Shown: positions 38,937 through 50,899 of the stretch, piece by piece
Layout of the letters: every line of letters starts with the position of its first letter
Position numbering within the stretch: the stretch's first letter is position 1
DNA from: Ginglymostoma cirratum
Lineage: Eukaryota
Length of the DNA stretch: 64,000 bases
Reading direction: 5' to 3'
Assembly (NCBI GenBank): GCA_024137785.1
Contig: JAHRHZ010000283.1
Location: 45,572,680 to 45,636,679, forward strand
Position numbers and translations under genes: made by a program
The notes under the pieces: generated by a model
What the model was told of the DNA's origin: nothing
What the model saw: the letters and a program-made list of their open reading frames with translations, nothing else
Database searches by the model: none

Positions 38937-40517
38937 TTAGGGAGGCGGGGACGAGCTGGGCTGGTTTTGGGATGCGGTTGGGGGAGGGGAGATTTTGAAG
39001 CTTGTGAAATCCACATTGATACCATTGGGCTGCAGGGTTCCCAGGCTAAATATGAGTTGCTGTTCCTGCAGCCTTCGGGTGGCATCATTGTGGCATTGCA
39101 GGAGGCCCAGGATGGACATGTCGTCTGAGGAATGGGAGGGGGAGTTGAAATGGTTCGCGACTGGGAGGTGCAATTGTTTGTTGCAAACCGAGCGCAAGTG
39201 TTCTACAAAGCGGTCCCCAAGCCTCCGCTTGGTTTCCCCGATGTAGAGGAGGCCACAACGGGTACAGCGGATGCAGTATACCACATTGGCAGATGTGCAG
39301 GTGAACATCCGCTTGATGTGGAAAGTCTTCTTGGGGCCTGTGATTGGGGTGAGGGAGGAGGTGTGGGGGCAGGTGTAGCACTTCCTGCGGTTGCAGGGAA
39401 AAGTGCCAGGTGTGGTGGGGCTGGAGGGGAGTGTGGAGCGGACAAGGGAGTCACGTGGAGAGTGGTCCCTCCGGAAAGCAGACAAGGGTGGGGAGGGAAA
39501 AATGTCTTTGGTGGTGGGGTCGGATTGCAGATGGCGGAAGTGTCGGAGGATGATGCGTTGGATCCGGAGGTTGGTGGGGTGGTACGTGAGGACGAGGGGG
39601 ATTCTTTTTTGGTTGTTATTGCGGGGACAGGGTGTGAGGGATGAGTTGCGGGAAATGCGGGAGACACGGTCGAGGGCGTTCTCGACCACCGCAGGGGGGA
39701 GGCTGCGGTCCTTGATGAATGAGGACATCTGAGATGTACGGGAGTGGAATGCCTCATCCTGGGAGCAGATGCAGCGGAGGTGAAGGAATTGGGAATAGGG
39801 GATGGCATTTTTGCAGGAGGGTGGGTGGGAGGAGGTGTATTCTAGGTAGCTGTGGGAGTCGGTGGGCTTGAAATGGACATCGGTTTCTAGGTGGTTACCC
39901 GAGATGGAGACAGAGGTGTCCAGGAAGGAGAGAGAAGTGTTGGAGATGGTCCTGGTGAACTTCAGGTTGGGGTGGAAGGTGTTGGTGAAGTGGATGAACT
40001 GTTCGAGCTCCTCGTGGGAGCACGAGGTGGCGCCGATACAGTCATCAATGTAACAGAGGAAGAGGTGGGGTTTAGGGCCAGTGTAGGTACGGAAGAGGGG
40101 TTGTTCCATGTAACCTGCAAAGAGGCAGGCATAGCTTGGGCCCATGCGGGTACCCATGGCCACCCCCTTTGTCTGTAGGAAGTGGGAGGAATTGAAAGAG
40201 AAGTTGTTGAGGGTGAGGACGAGTTCGGCCAAGCAGATGAGGGTGTCAGTGGAGGGGGATTGGTCAGGTCTGCGGGACAGGAAGAAGCAGAGGGCCCTTA
40301 GGCTATCAGCATGGGGAATACAGGTGTATAGGGACTGGACGTCCACAGTAAAAATGAGGTGTTGGGGACCGGGGAATTGGAAGTTCTGGAGGAGGTGGAG
40401 GGCGTGGGTGGTGTCACGGATATAGCTAGGGAGTTCCTGGACTAAGGGGGAGAAGATGGAGTCTAGGTAGGTGGAGATAAGTTCGGTGGGGCAGGAGCAG
40501 GCGGAGACAATGGGTCG
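38937..40517 (-). CDS. PLE reverse transcriptase + GIY-YIG endonuclease (uninterrupted, N-terminally truncated)
   Basis: RPIVS, DVQSLYTCIP, GVAMGTRMGPSYA, YIDD, FLD, then VVYCIRCTRCGLLYIGETKRRLGDRFVEH; the first 33 aa of the listed 559-aa ORF come from the inverted pLTR. Confidence 0.9.
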   Translation of the reverse strand, partial: RPIVSACSCPTELISTYLDSIFSPLVQELPSYIRDTTHALHLLQNFQFPGPQHLIFTVDVQSLYTCIPHADSLRALCFFLSRRPDQSPSTDTLICLAELVLTLNNFSFNSSHFLQTKGVAMGTRMGPSYACLFAGYMEQPLFRTYTGPKPHLFLCYIDDCIGATSCSHEELEQFIHFTNTFHPNLKFTRTISNTSLSFLDTSVSISGNHLETDVHFKPTDSHSYLEYTSSHPPSCKNAIPYSQFLHLRCICSQDEAFHSRTSQMSSFIKDRSLPPAVVENALDRVSRISRNSSLTPCPRNNNQKRIPLVLTYHPTNLRIQRIILRHFRHLQSDPTTKDIFPSPPLSAFRRDHSPRDSLVRSTLPSSPTTPGTFPCNRRKCYTCPHTSSLTPITGPKKTFHIKRMFTCTSANVVYCIRCTRCGLLYIGETKRRLGDRFVEHLRSVCNKQLHLPVANHFNSPSHSSDDMSILGLLQCHNDATRRLQEQQLIFSLGTLQPNGINVDFTSFKISPPPTASQNQPSSSPPP

Positions 40518-40815
40518 CAGCCCAGCTCGTCCCCGCCTCCCTAACCTGTTCTTCCTCTCACCTATCCCCTCCTCCCACCTCAAGCCGCACCCCCATCTCC
40601 TATCTACTAACATCATCCCGCCCCCTTGACCTGTCCGTCCTCCCTGGACTGACCTATCTCCTCCCTACCTCCCCACCCACACTCACCTTTATTGGCTCCA
40701 TCCCCACCTCTCTGACTTGTCTGTCTCCTCTCCACCTTTCCTCTCCTCTATCCATCTTCTATCCGCCCCCCCCCTCTCCCTATTTATTTCAGAACCCTCT
40801 TCCCCTCCCCCATTT

Positions 40816-40843
40816 CTGATGAAGGGTCTAGGCCCGAAAGGTC
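40816..40843 (+). ncRNA. Hammerhead ribozyme core, stem III mutated
   Basis: CTGATGA-a-GGG-tctagg-CCC-GAAAGGTC. Confidence 0.65.
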
Positions 40844-42479
40844 AAGCTTTCCTGCTCGGCCTGCTGTGTTCATCCAGCTCCACACCTTGTTATCTCGGAT
40901 TCTCCAGCATCTGCAGTTCCTATTATCTCTGATACATTATTCCTGAGGTTCATTGATTTATAATAAATCCCAAATCCTTTTGCTTCTCAAAACTACAAAT
41001 AGTATTTGGCTTTATTTCTCTCGGTTACAATTCTCCTTTTGTTCTGTCACCTGTCACTTCTATCTAGATGGTCTCATCAATTTGTTAAAGTTGTGACTTC
41101 CATTTTCTTTTGTATCACTGAGGCCCCACTTGTGCAATGAACACTGCCAGAAAGGTATGTTTTCCCAGATATCTTTTCTAGTGCTTCTGACGAGTGTTCT
41201 AGCAATGTCTATTTGTCTGCAAATTTAACTTGTGTCAAAACTAAAATCTGCCCATAATTAGTACTTTGGCACAGTCCAATAACTTTAAGGCCAGAATAGA
41301 TTGGGTTATTTCCAAACTAAATTTCTGCAGTCTTCCTCACAAAATACTGAATTCTATTATTTACAGTTCCTTTGACAAATTCAGAAAGATTGGAGATAGA
41401 ACAAAGTCTGATCATGCCTCAATAAATCATCTTTTTGTTAAATTTTAAATCAGATTAACAAATCAGTCCAAAGCTTCTTCAATGTCAAATGACCACGCTC
41501 CAATTCTGACAAAATTTGGTTTCTTAGCCCGCTTCTGGATGGTAACAGAAGTGCCAGGGCCATACCTTGTTTCCTCTTTGGTAAAGAAATAACCCAGGTC
41601 CACATGTTTATTTCATTATTCCATTGGTTATAACGCTCACTTTCATAAAAAGGGAGTGGGCAATAAAACTCCAAATCTTTGTATGTTGACTCAATCATCC
41701 TCTACAAGACATACACTACAAGATAAATGTTTCTGTACAGAATCCAAGCCCACACCTTTGCAAGACCTTTATACCTGTTAACCACATTCCATAAAACTCA
41801 CACCCCAATGAAAGTTACACATAAAATTTCTATATTTATACAACCGTTCCACATTCAATTAACCCTTAATTATCACAACCATCATCGGTTCACCTGCTCC
41901 ATAATGATCAGATTAGACCACATTAGAACCATAATGTAGATAACGACTTCAGTAGGTGATTGGCTATTGATTAGAAAATATTGATTAATAATTATTAAAA
42001 CATTTTTAAAATGTTGTCCTTTGCTTTCTGTTTTTCTTCATTGCTTTGATCCATCAGGTTGGAAGTTCATTTTCCTCCATTAAAAGTGTCAAGGGATCTA
42101 GGGGAAGGGCAGCAGTATGGCATTCAGATAGAGGATCAGCCACAACCCTGGAACAGTGGAGTGGGGTCAGTGAGCCAAAAGGCCTACTCCTGATCCCATT
42201 TTCTATGTTTCTATATCTTACAGAGCACACTAAAATGGGATATAAAGGATACAAGTAAAAACAAACTTCCAACAAGATAGAACAAAAACATGAAGATAAA
42301 TTGGAAACAAAAGGCAATCTTTTAAAGATATATTAATTCATTCTGTTTTGAAACTTGGCAGTTGTCCCACAATATTTGCACTTTTTTTTGCAGTCTTCAT
42401 TCCTACCAGTAACTTCCTGCTACATTAAGGCCCACACTAACTCCACTGAGTAACAAGCTGCTGAAGGTCATGTGTAGTC

Positions 42480-44352
42480 AGTCAAATGAGGTGCACCGCA
42501 GATGCAGGAGAGGGTCGAACGCTGGAATAAGGAAGGCAAAGAGGAAGCATAAGGAATGAATGGCAGGCTGTGCTAAAACAAACAATAAAATGTTATTGAA
42601 GCATATTAATAGTAAAAGATTAGTGAAGGATAGAATGGGGCCCATAAGGAATAAGCAGGGTGAGCTGCTCACTGAAGCAAAGGATATGGCAGAGGTACTC
42701 AATGAACATTTCGCCTTGGTCTTTGCCAAATTAGAAGATGGTGACACTGGCTTACTTGAAAACATGGGTGTGGAGCAAATGAACAGTATAGTGATCGATA
42801 AGTGCTAAAAAGGCTAGCAGCATGTATAGAAGTTGCCAGGTTCAGTTGGGATGCATCCTAGATTGCTGAGAGAGTTAAGGGAGGAAATTGCAGAGCCGAT
42901 GAGAGAATTTATCCAGGATTCTCGGAACACAGGAACAGTCCAGGGGGACTGGAGGACTGCACATGTGACACCATTGTTTAGGAAAAGGTACAAAGTATGA
43001 TCCAGGAAACCTCAGACCCATCAGCTTCATATCAGTAGTGGGAGAACTAATGGAGGCCATAAGGTAAATGTACACTTAGAAAAATATAAGTTGACACCAG
43101 ACTGGCTTCGAGAAGGGCAAGTTATGTCTGAAAAATTTAAAAGAGTTATCTGAGGAGGTGACACAGGCATTAGGCGAGGGTAGTGCTGCAGATATTGTAT
43201 CTTTGGACTTACAGAAAGCATTTGATACGGTGCTACATGGCAGGTTGGTTAGCAAATTAGAAATGTTTGGGATCGATGGGCCCTTGTCAGCATGGATTAG
43301 AAGTTGGATAAAAGATGGAAACAGAGGGTGGGTATAGATGGGCATTTCTCAGATTGGGGATGAATTGAACATAATGTTCCCCAGGAATCAGTGTTGGGGC
43401 CCTTACTTTTTCTGATTTATATAAACAATTTAGAATTGGATGTTGAGGGCAATAGCTCTAAATTTGCAGATAATACTCAGCTAGGGAGAATAGTGAATTG
43501 TGAAGATGAAGCTGAGTGACTTCACAGGGACATTGACAAGTTGGCCAAATGGACAGACACATGGCAAAAGAATTTCAATGTAGAGAAATGACAGGTAATG
43601 CATTTTGGTAGAAGGAATGCAGTGGGACAATACAGGCTCAATGGTACAACTTTGAGGGGAGTTCAGGAGGAGACAGACCTCAGAGCTCATGTGCATAATT
43701 CTCTGAGGGTGGCCAGGCAAGTTGAAACAGTTGATAAGAAGGCTTATAGGGTATTTGGGTTTATAAATAAAAGCATTGTGCATAAAAGCAAGGACATGAC
43801 ACTATACTTTATAAATCATTGGTCAGACCAAATTTGGAGCATTATGTTCAGTTCTGGGTACCTTATTTAAGGAAGGATGTTAAAGTCCTGGATAGAGTTT
43901 GAAGCCAATATATTGGAATTATACGAGGAATTAATAAACTTAGTTACAAGGAAGGATTAAAGAAATTGGGCTTATTCTTCTTGGAGCTCAGCTGATTAAG
44001 AAGTGATCTTACTGAAATGTTCAAAATTATGAACAATTTTGACAAGGTAAAGAAGACCATTCTGTTCCCACAAATTGGTATGTCAGTAACCAAAGGGTCA
44101 CAATTTCAAGACTGTCAGCATGAGAGCGAGGTGAGGAGAAACTTCTTTACTTAAAGTTCTCAGGATTTGGAATGCGCAGCATGGGACAGTATGTAAGGTG
44201 GAATCCATGAGAGATTTCAAAAGAGAGCTAGATATATATTTGAGTTAGAGGGCTACAGAGATTAGGTTGGAGAATGGGAGTGGTTGGGTAGCTCTCTTAG
44301 GAGTGGGTACAAAGATGATAGGTCAAATGGCCTCCTGTACTGTAAAATTCCA
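42480..44352 (+). mobile_element. CR1 LINE RT remnant
   Basis: AEVLNEHFA, LDLQKAFDTV, PQESVLGP, SKFADNT, MHFGRRN; many stops. Confidence 0.9.
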
Positions 44353-45255
44353 AGATCCTATCATTAACATATCCATCTCATTCCCTGAAGATGTAGCCAC
44401 TGTTAAGGGCCTCATTCCTTGAGAATGAAGATACATCATCTAGAATCTGAAAACACCACCATATTTTGTACTGCTATACATCAGTACCCCCTCCAGATCA
44501 ATTATAGTCCTGTCGCTGAATTTTCAACAAAGGCAAGAAACAGGGTCCAAGTCTGTTTTGAACTCAGAAACCCATCTCCAGCAACAGACAGATTAAAGTT
44601 AAGATTTTCACATGGGGAAGTTCTGGGCCTCGAGGCCGTTTCTACGGGTGGCCTCTCAAAAGACCTAGGGGGCAAATAACAGGCCGTCCAGCTTCAGAGA
44701 AGCATCCGACTACAGTACTTGGAGGGCACCTTAGTATAGATATGCCTTCTCAGCTCCTTCTAAAATATTTAATTAGAGAAAGTAAAAGCAGCCAGGCCAC
44801 TACCAAGACAGTCTTCTCTGCAGGGTGGTCTTTGGCTGCACTCCCACCCAAGCACACATGGAGGGCTGAGAGGTCAGTAGATCTGCCTCCCCACTCACCC
44901 ATCACTTTGGGAAATTGGAGCGTTCCTGGGAAATTGCAATTGCCCTCCAAACCTACTTTTAACAAGGCGCTTAATGAGTTTAATTGCCTGCTTGCCTCCT
45001 AGGGAGTTGATGAATGGATTTTCTGAGTTCACCACCTCACATAATGGCCAGGAATGGTGTGCTGACATAGACAGTACAGCTTTGCAAGAGGTGGAGTGAA
45101 AATTCAGCCCATGATGTGGGCTGGAAACAACATTTTATTGCTTTACAGAACGAATCAAGAATGGACAGCTGCCAATTGGTGCAATTTACAATTTCAGTTC
45201 AATTTGGGATTGTTGTGCTTACACTAAACATTCACAGAATCTATGCAACTCTTAC

Positions 45256-45321
45256 CAGCCCGTTTTGCTTGCATGCTGACTGAAGGAATGCAACCACCTC
45301 TTCATTACCATCAGCCAAAGC
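45256..45321 (-). CDS. ASPG: ASPG penultimate-type exon (~exon 15)
   Basis: 66 nt, ctccag|...|gtaaga, phase 0/0; ALADGNEEVVAFLQSACKQNGL resembles the GNxxVVAFLQS segment of ASPG; no stop, so a terminal exon must follow. Confidence 0.88.
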
Positions 45322-45523
45322 CTGGAGGCAAAGGCAGAAAAATTCATAAAACTGAAAAATATGAGTCATATTAAAAGTGCAAAAAGCCATTTTGAATCGC
45401 CAGCTAGTCGGCTAAATTTGTCAAAGCATCACATGACCCTCATCCGGAAGTAGTGTCGCCTGTACGATTTTTCTGAGCTTTCCGCAGTTTCTTTCAAAAA
45501 CAAAATTCAAAATATTTGCTTAC

Positions 45524-45623
45524 AACTTCCAAGGGATTTTGTCCATCGTAGCTACAATGGTCCAAGTCCAGCCCTGCAAGGTGCCAAGCTGTCAGTCCCT
45601 CCACGTCACCACTTGCAGCCAGG
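45524..45623 (-). CDS. ASPG: ASPG internal exon (~exon 14)
   Basis: 100 nt, acacag|...|gtaagc, phase 2/0; LAASGDVEGLTAWHLAGLDLDHCSYDGQNPLEV, ankyrin-like. Confidence 0.92.
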
Positions 45624-47997
45624 CTGTGTACAACAAACATTGTTTAATGTCTTTTCTGCACAGATAATGACTAAAACATTACATCCTTAAAAGCATGTCC
45701 GGCTCATCTTGTTTTAAAAGCACCATGTTTGTAAATATTCTGTCTTCAGTCAACTCATAACTTATTCACCTTTAGAGCATTGATCCACATTAAAAGTCTA
45801 TTATGTTAATTGGGCAAACAAACTGCCCATCCAATTTAAGAATTATTTAAAATTCATAACATTTTTCAAACTAGATTAGAATACGCTCATGTTTAAAAAC
45901 ATACACACTAACATTATATCTCAAGATTCCTCTCTTTTTTATCTCCTAATTCAGATCTATTTTCATCCAGTCTCCTGATTGTTCTATTATGCAACTTTTC
46001 TCTGCCACAGTATGGATAAGTGGTCTGGTCCCACTGATGTCTGTTAATGCCACACTATCAGCAGCCAAGATGGACATAATCTTACCATTTCTTTCAAACA
46101 CTTATTGGTCCAAACTTGTATAAAATAACTAATCCAGGTGAGGTGACAATAACTGTTCCTGGCATCAATGCAGGATTTGACAAATGTAGCATCAAGGAAC
46201 CCAACTAAAACTAAAGTGAATGGGAACTGGGAGGCGATTACTGGCATTGCTACACCACCACCGCTTCCCCTGATGAAAAGATGTGCCTTCTCAGCTCCTT
46301 CTAAGATATTTAATTAGAAAAAGTAAAAGCAGCCAGGCCAGTACCAAGGCAACCTTCTCTACAGGGTGGTCTTTGGCTGCACTCCTACCCAGGCACACAT
46401 GGAGGGCTGAAAGGTCAGTAGATCTGCCTCCCCAGACTGTTGCTTTTTAATACTTGGAAGATGTTATTGATGTGGTTAACTTAAAGATTTATCCGATATG
46501 CATATCTGAGTAAATGATATTGGAAATTTGTTTATCACTGAGTAAAATATATTCAGATATGGTGATAATGTCATTGGATTATTAATTCAGATGCCTGAGA
46601 TTCTGGAGAATCCAGAAGGCTAATGCTGTGGGAACGTAGGATCAAATCCCATCATGACAGCCAACAGAGTTTAAATTCAATTAATAAAATCTGGTACTCA
46701 AAGCTTGTATGTGTGGGCATGAACTTATCATCGATTTCTGACAAAATATGACATTCAGAATGGAATTCAACGCATTTGGGATTATACATTAGAAAACAGT
46801 TGTTAACAAACAATCCGATAGGAAAACAATGAGATTCAAGTATAGCTAATAATTCTGCAGAAGAAAAACCGTCAGCAAAGTTACAATGCTAGCAAGACCA
46901 TTGTAATGGTTGTCACTGCTAGTGTTCTAGAACGTAATAATGGTATCAGCATAGGCGAGAAGTACTAGTGAGTTCCTGACCCAGCTTACTTCCCTTTTAG
47001 GGTACTGATCTGATTTTAAGAAAGGGATGACTAGTACAATGTGATATAATTAAATTCAAATTTATTTCATTTTTACTGCTTGGTGTTCTGATGACAGAAT
47101 ATTTCTGTTGTGCAAGTCTAAAATTTCCATTGGTGATTTTGAGATCAATGGGAATTTGCTTTTAAAATGTGAAGTACAGCCCTGTTCTCTCTCAGGTTCT
47201 CTCTCCCTTTCTCCTGTTACTACGTGGGCATGGAGTTTAATAAAACTCATGCCTGTTTCTTTTACCGCATTTGAATTTTGATCTTCTGCGTCACATTACT
47301 GTACACCAGTCCTGTGAAAATACTCAAAAATGATTCAAAACACAATGTTGATAGAGGAAATTATGTGAAGACAAATATTTGTATCTACTGCATCTTGCAT
47401 AATCAGAAATTGAAGTTTGTTACCTTGCTGCATGTTGACTATATGGCTGCTCTTCCTATAAAAGCCTGGCCTGAACAATGAGTGCTCACAAGCCACTTAA
47501 CCAATTGTCTGACGTCACAATCAATCCAATTTTGTTCTCACAGGACACTGACAGTGGCTCACTCTCCAGTGGAAGGCAGCTATAAAGTAATTAGGAGCTG
47601 GAATCCTGAGTGATTTTCTCTTCCTGGTTGAAGTCATTAGGATGACTGAAAAATTTCTAAAAATACTCCAGCTCAGCAAATCATCCAATGTGGGACTTTT
47701 TTGTTCTGTTTGGGTCAGTAACAACCTTAGTAGAGCACTTATTCTTCAAGTTAAAGTGACAGCTTAATAAAGTGCGGTTAAAATCCACTGATGCAACTGA
47801 AAAGAGCAATTGTGGCTTTCATTAAGCATACAACTGTTGTTGTGATGACTGTTGCTCTCAGTAATACATTTTATGATATCTACATTTGTTCTCTGAATTG
47901 AAAAAATAAGCTGAAAATGTAACAGAAGATCTCTTCAGTTTTGTAACATCTTGCTCATGATTGGGATGATGCAAAAGGGGATTCCATTGGATTATTT

Positions 47998-48277
47998 CAT
48001 AGAATCTCATAGAATCCCTATAGTGTGGAATCAGGCCATTCGGCCCATCGAGTCCACACTGACCCAACCCCCCACCCTATCCTGCATTTCCCACCCTAGA
48101 CGCTACGGGCAATTTAGCATGGCCAATCCACCTACCTGCACACCTTTGGACTGTGGGAGGAAACCGATCACCCGGAGGAAACCCATGCGGACACGAGGAG
48201 AATGTGCAAATTCGACACCGACAGTTGCCTGAGGATGTGAGGCAACAGTGCTAACCACTGAATCACCATGCAACCCC
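47998..48277 (-). mobile_element. HE1-like SINE
   Basis: Same family as 6131-6450, internal deletion. Confidence 0.85.
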
Positions 48278-49336
48278 ATTTATTGTCACTTACATCTTAC
48301 AGCGAATAACACAGTAAGATACAGTGAAGAGCTTCAACTGTCACCACAGTCCACCGCCATTTTGAATAGTTTAAAAATAAAAAGAGTAAAAAGATATAAC
48401 TGACAGAGTTGATCTTTGTTCTGCCGCCTCCATCGTGAGTCTGAGCTGGCTCAGCAGCAAATGACACCTGCGCTGATTTGTAATGTAAACATGATGTGCC
48501 TGCAGTGCCTTTGTCTATGATCAGTACATACACTGGCATTCTGTTCTGCCACCACGAGAAGACAGGGTGTGCATGCAAGTACCTGGTGGGAGCTTCTTGC
48601 TACAGGAATACTCCCCTTGTTTATCAGCATTTTGCATGAACAGAGTCACATGTGCTGATTCTATGCAATTGGCAATGGAGTTCTGTCAGGGACACCGGTG
48701 CAACCTGTAATTATGTGCAGCTTGGGGGAGTCCATGTTTCTTCAGCCCAGGTCACTACTCTGAGAAATTCCTACAGTGGTGTGCATGGGCTCAGGTGATC
48801 GACCTTCAATAATCATACCATCTTCCTTTGTGCTTTTTATGATCCCAACATATAGAAAGATTTCCCCCGATTCCCATGAATACCAGTTTTGCTAGGGCTC
48901 CTTGATACCATACTCAGTCCAATGCTGCCTTGATGTCCAGGGCAGTCATTCTCAATTCTACAGTCCAGCATTTTTTTTTCCAACATTTGGGCCAAAGCTG
49001 TACTGATGTCAAAAATTGACTGACATTAAATGAGTCACGATAACAATGTTAAAATTGATTAGTTCAAAATTGTCCGTATAAATGGGCTCAATGCCATCAA
49101 ATAAATGACCATCTAACAAAATTGCCTCCTTTTCAGAGAGGCATAAGTAATGTAGAAATTTTTTAAAAAAGCAAACTTATAATTTTAATATTATTATTCA
49201 CATTATCTATCACAGTCCTTGGGCCTTATGGTGTCCACTGGTCACAAAGGGCTCCAGTGCACCGGTGGACATTGCTTGCAGTGAATAACAAAGGTAAAGC
49301 AAGCTGCTTAGGTACACAACCCACAAGAAATCATAC

Positions 49337-49423
49337 CTGCACAAATCGGTTCCCACATCGATAATCTCGTTGTTTGAGAAATGGGCACCAGTTTGCCGCA
49401 ATAATTTGATAACTTCAGTGCGC
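49337..49423 (-). CDS. ASPG: ASPG internal exon (~exon 13)
   Basis: 87 nt, ctgcag|...|gtatg, phase 2/2; RTEVIKLLRQTGAHFSNNEIIDVGTDLC(S). Confidence 0.93.
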
Positions 49424-50899
49424 CTGCAGAAGGAAAAAGAGTAACTAGGAGACAGCAATCGAGAAGCAAATCATCTTATAAACAACTGAATAGCAGAACC
49501 TTTATGAAATGCCTGAGCCAATAAATCCACATTTAGTGAAATTTGGGATTAAAAATCTACCTTCCTTTTCGTGGGAATACTGTACGTGGAGACTTTGGTA
49601 CAAAAATTTTAAATTGTTGCAGTCACCTAATGGAACTAAAACTGATGCTATAGGATTAAGTTAGAGTGTGGGGGTCATGTCAATTTCCATGGGAATTTGG
49701 GATATTGCTAAATTAATAGGGCCCTTTTATTTGGGCAACCATGGTCAAAAACTGAAATGAACTCGAGCCTTATTTCAAATTTGCTGAGTTGCATACCTGA
49801 CCTGAGCTCCAAAACTTGTTTGCCCTGTCAGTACTTGTGAAATGCAAGTTCCAGCTGGTTTGAGAAGTGTAACGGATGGTCCCTAAAGGGACTACAGTAG
49901 TCACTGCCATAGAACGTGAACAGGGAGTTATATTGTTACATTTCAGGTTTAAAAGATTTTCACACTGTGTCTTCAATTTGAAGTAAAATAAAGGGGTGGT
50001 GTGTAGCCTGCATTAGTCTGCTGGAATGCAAGCATGGCTACTTTGTTTGATTGTTGACAGATTAAAGGGACCCCAGATTGTTTTAGTGGGAACGAAGTGT
50101 AAAACGTTTACATTGAGAGAGAATGGCAGTAGGTCGTGTACTAACAGTGGATAGACAGTGGGTGGGTGGCTTCGAGTGACATGGGCTATGGTGAGATGTG
50201 TGACAGAATTAGACAGCAAATGCCACATGGCTCATCTTGATATTAAAATCATCTCGCTTCAACATTTATGCTTGTCACCAGTGGTGTCATGAGATTCTCG
50301 GCAGTGGTGAGAGGCAAACTAATTGTTTGCCAAACGCCACAACTCACCTGATAAATATTCAGACTGCCATCTCACCCCCAGGCTCTCGCGACACAGTGTA
50401 CAATCCCTTTCTCTGGGACAGAAGGTGCAGGTTCAAGTTCCACCTACTCCAGAGGTGTACCATAACACTTCTGAAAGGATAGACTAAATTAAATAATTCC
50501 TAAACTTGCCAATAAGCTAGACATTGGGAAAACGTGACAAGGAAAACACAGCAAGCACCTGATGGGTTCAGCTCACTGCTGTTCCAAATGACATTCCAGT
50601 TGGAAAGCAGGGACCAACATTTCAGGACATGCACAACTACACCTCTGGCTAGGAGAAAGAGAGAGTACTGGCAAATGGGGAATGTTCTGACCTCATTTCA
50701 GGGAAGACGCAGAGAGCTTTCAGACCATCCTGATAACATGTCCAAAGGAACCCCGTTGGAAGGTAAAGGCATCAAGGGATAGGGGGAGAAAGTGCAAATA
50801 TGGCACTGAGATACAGGATCAACCGTGACCATACTGAATGGCAGTGTAGGCTTTAAAAGCAAAATGGCCAACTCCTGCTGCTAGTTTCTACCCTTCTAT

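Larger units (their letters stand above)
38576..40931 (-). mobile_element. Penelope-like element, 5'-truncated, with inverted pLTRs
   Basis: Arms 38576-38963 and 40518-40896 are inverted copies; RT+GIY-YIG ORF between them; hammerhead in each arm. Confidence 0.95.
37930..41720 (-). mobile_element. Ty1/Copia LTR retrotransposon remnant (internally deleted), split by a Penelope insertion
   Basis: RNase H LVVLSDASYAD...KIREVMKSTLVVE; RT end LLGQLNWFGTQTKP and DLGFIINQ*TSGI; gag-like YNQWNNEINMW...KRKQGMALALLLP. Confidence 0.75.
44743..46434 (+). repeat. Pair of 151-bp direct repeats (44743-44893 and 46284-46434) flanking two ASPG exons
   Basis: TGCCTTCTCAGCTCCTTCTAA...GGTCAGTAGATCTGCCTCCCCA, about 10 substitutions, no indels. 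Confidence 0.92.

Noticed and set aside
38995-40425. Several long plus-strand and alternative-frame ORFs (e.g. 39132-39644, 39203-39808)
   Set aside because: Shadow frames of the GC-rich PLE ORF; no independent motifs
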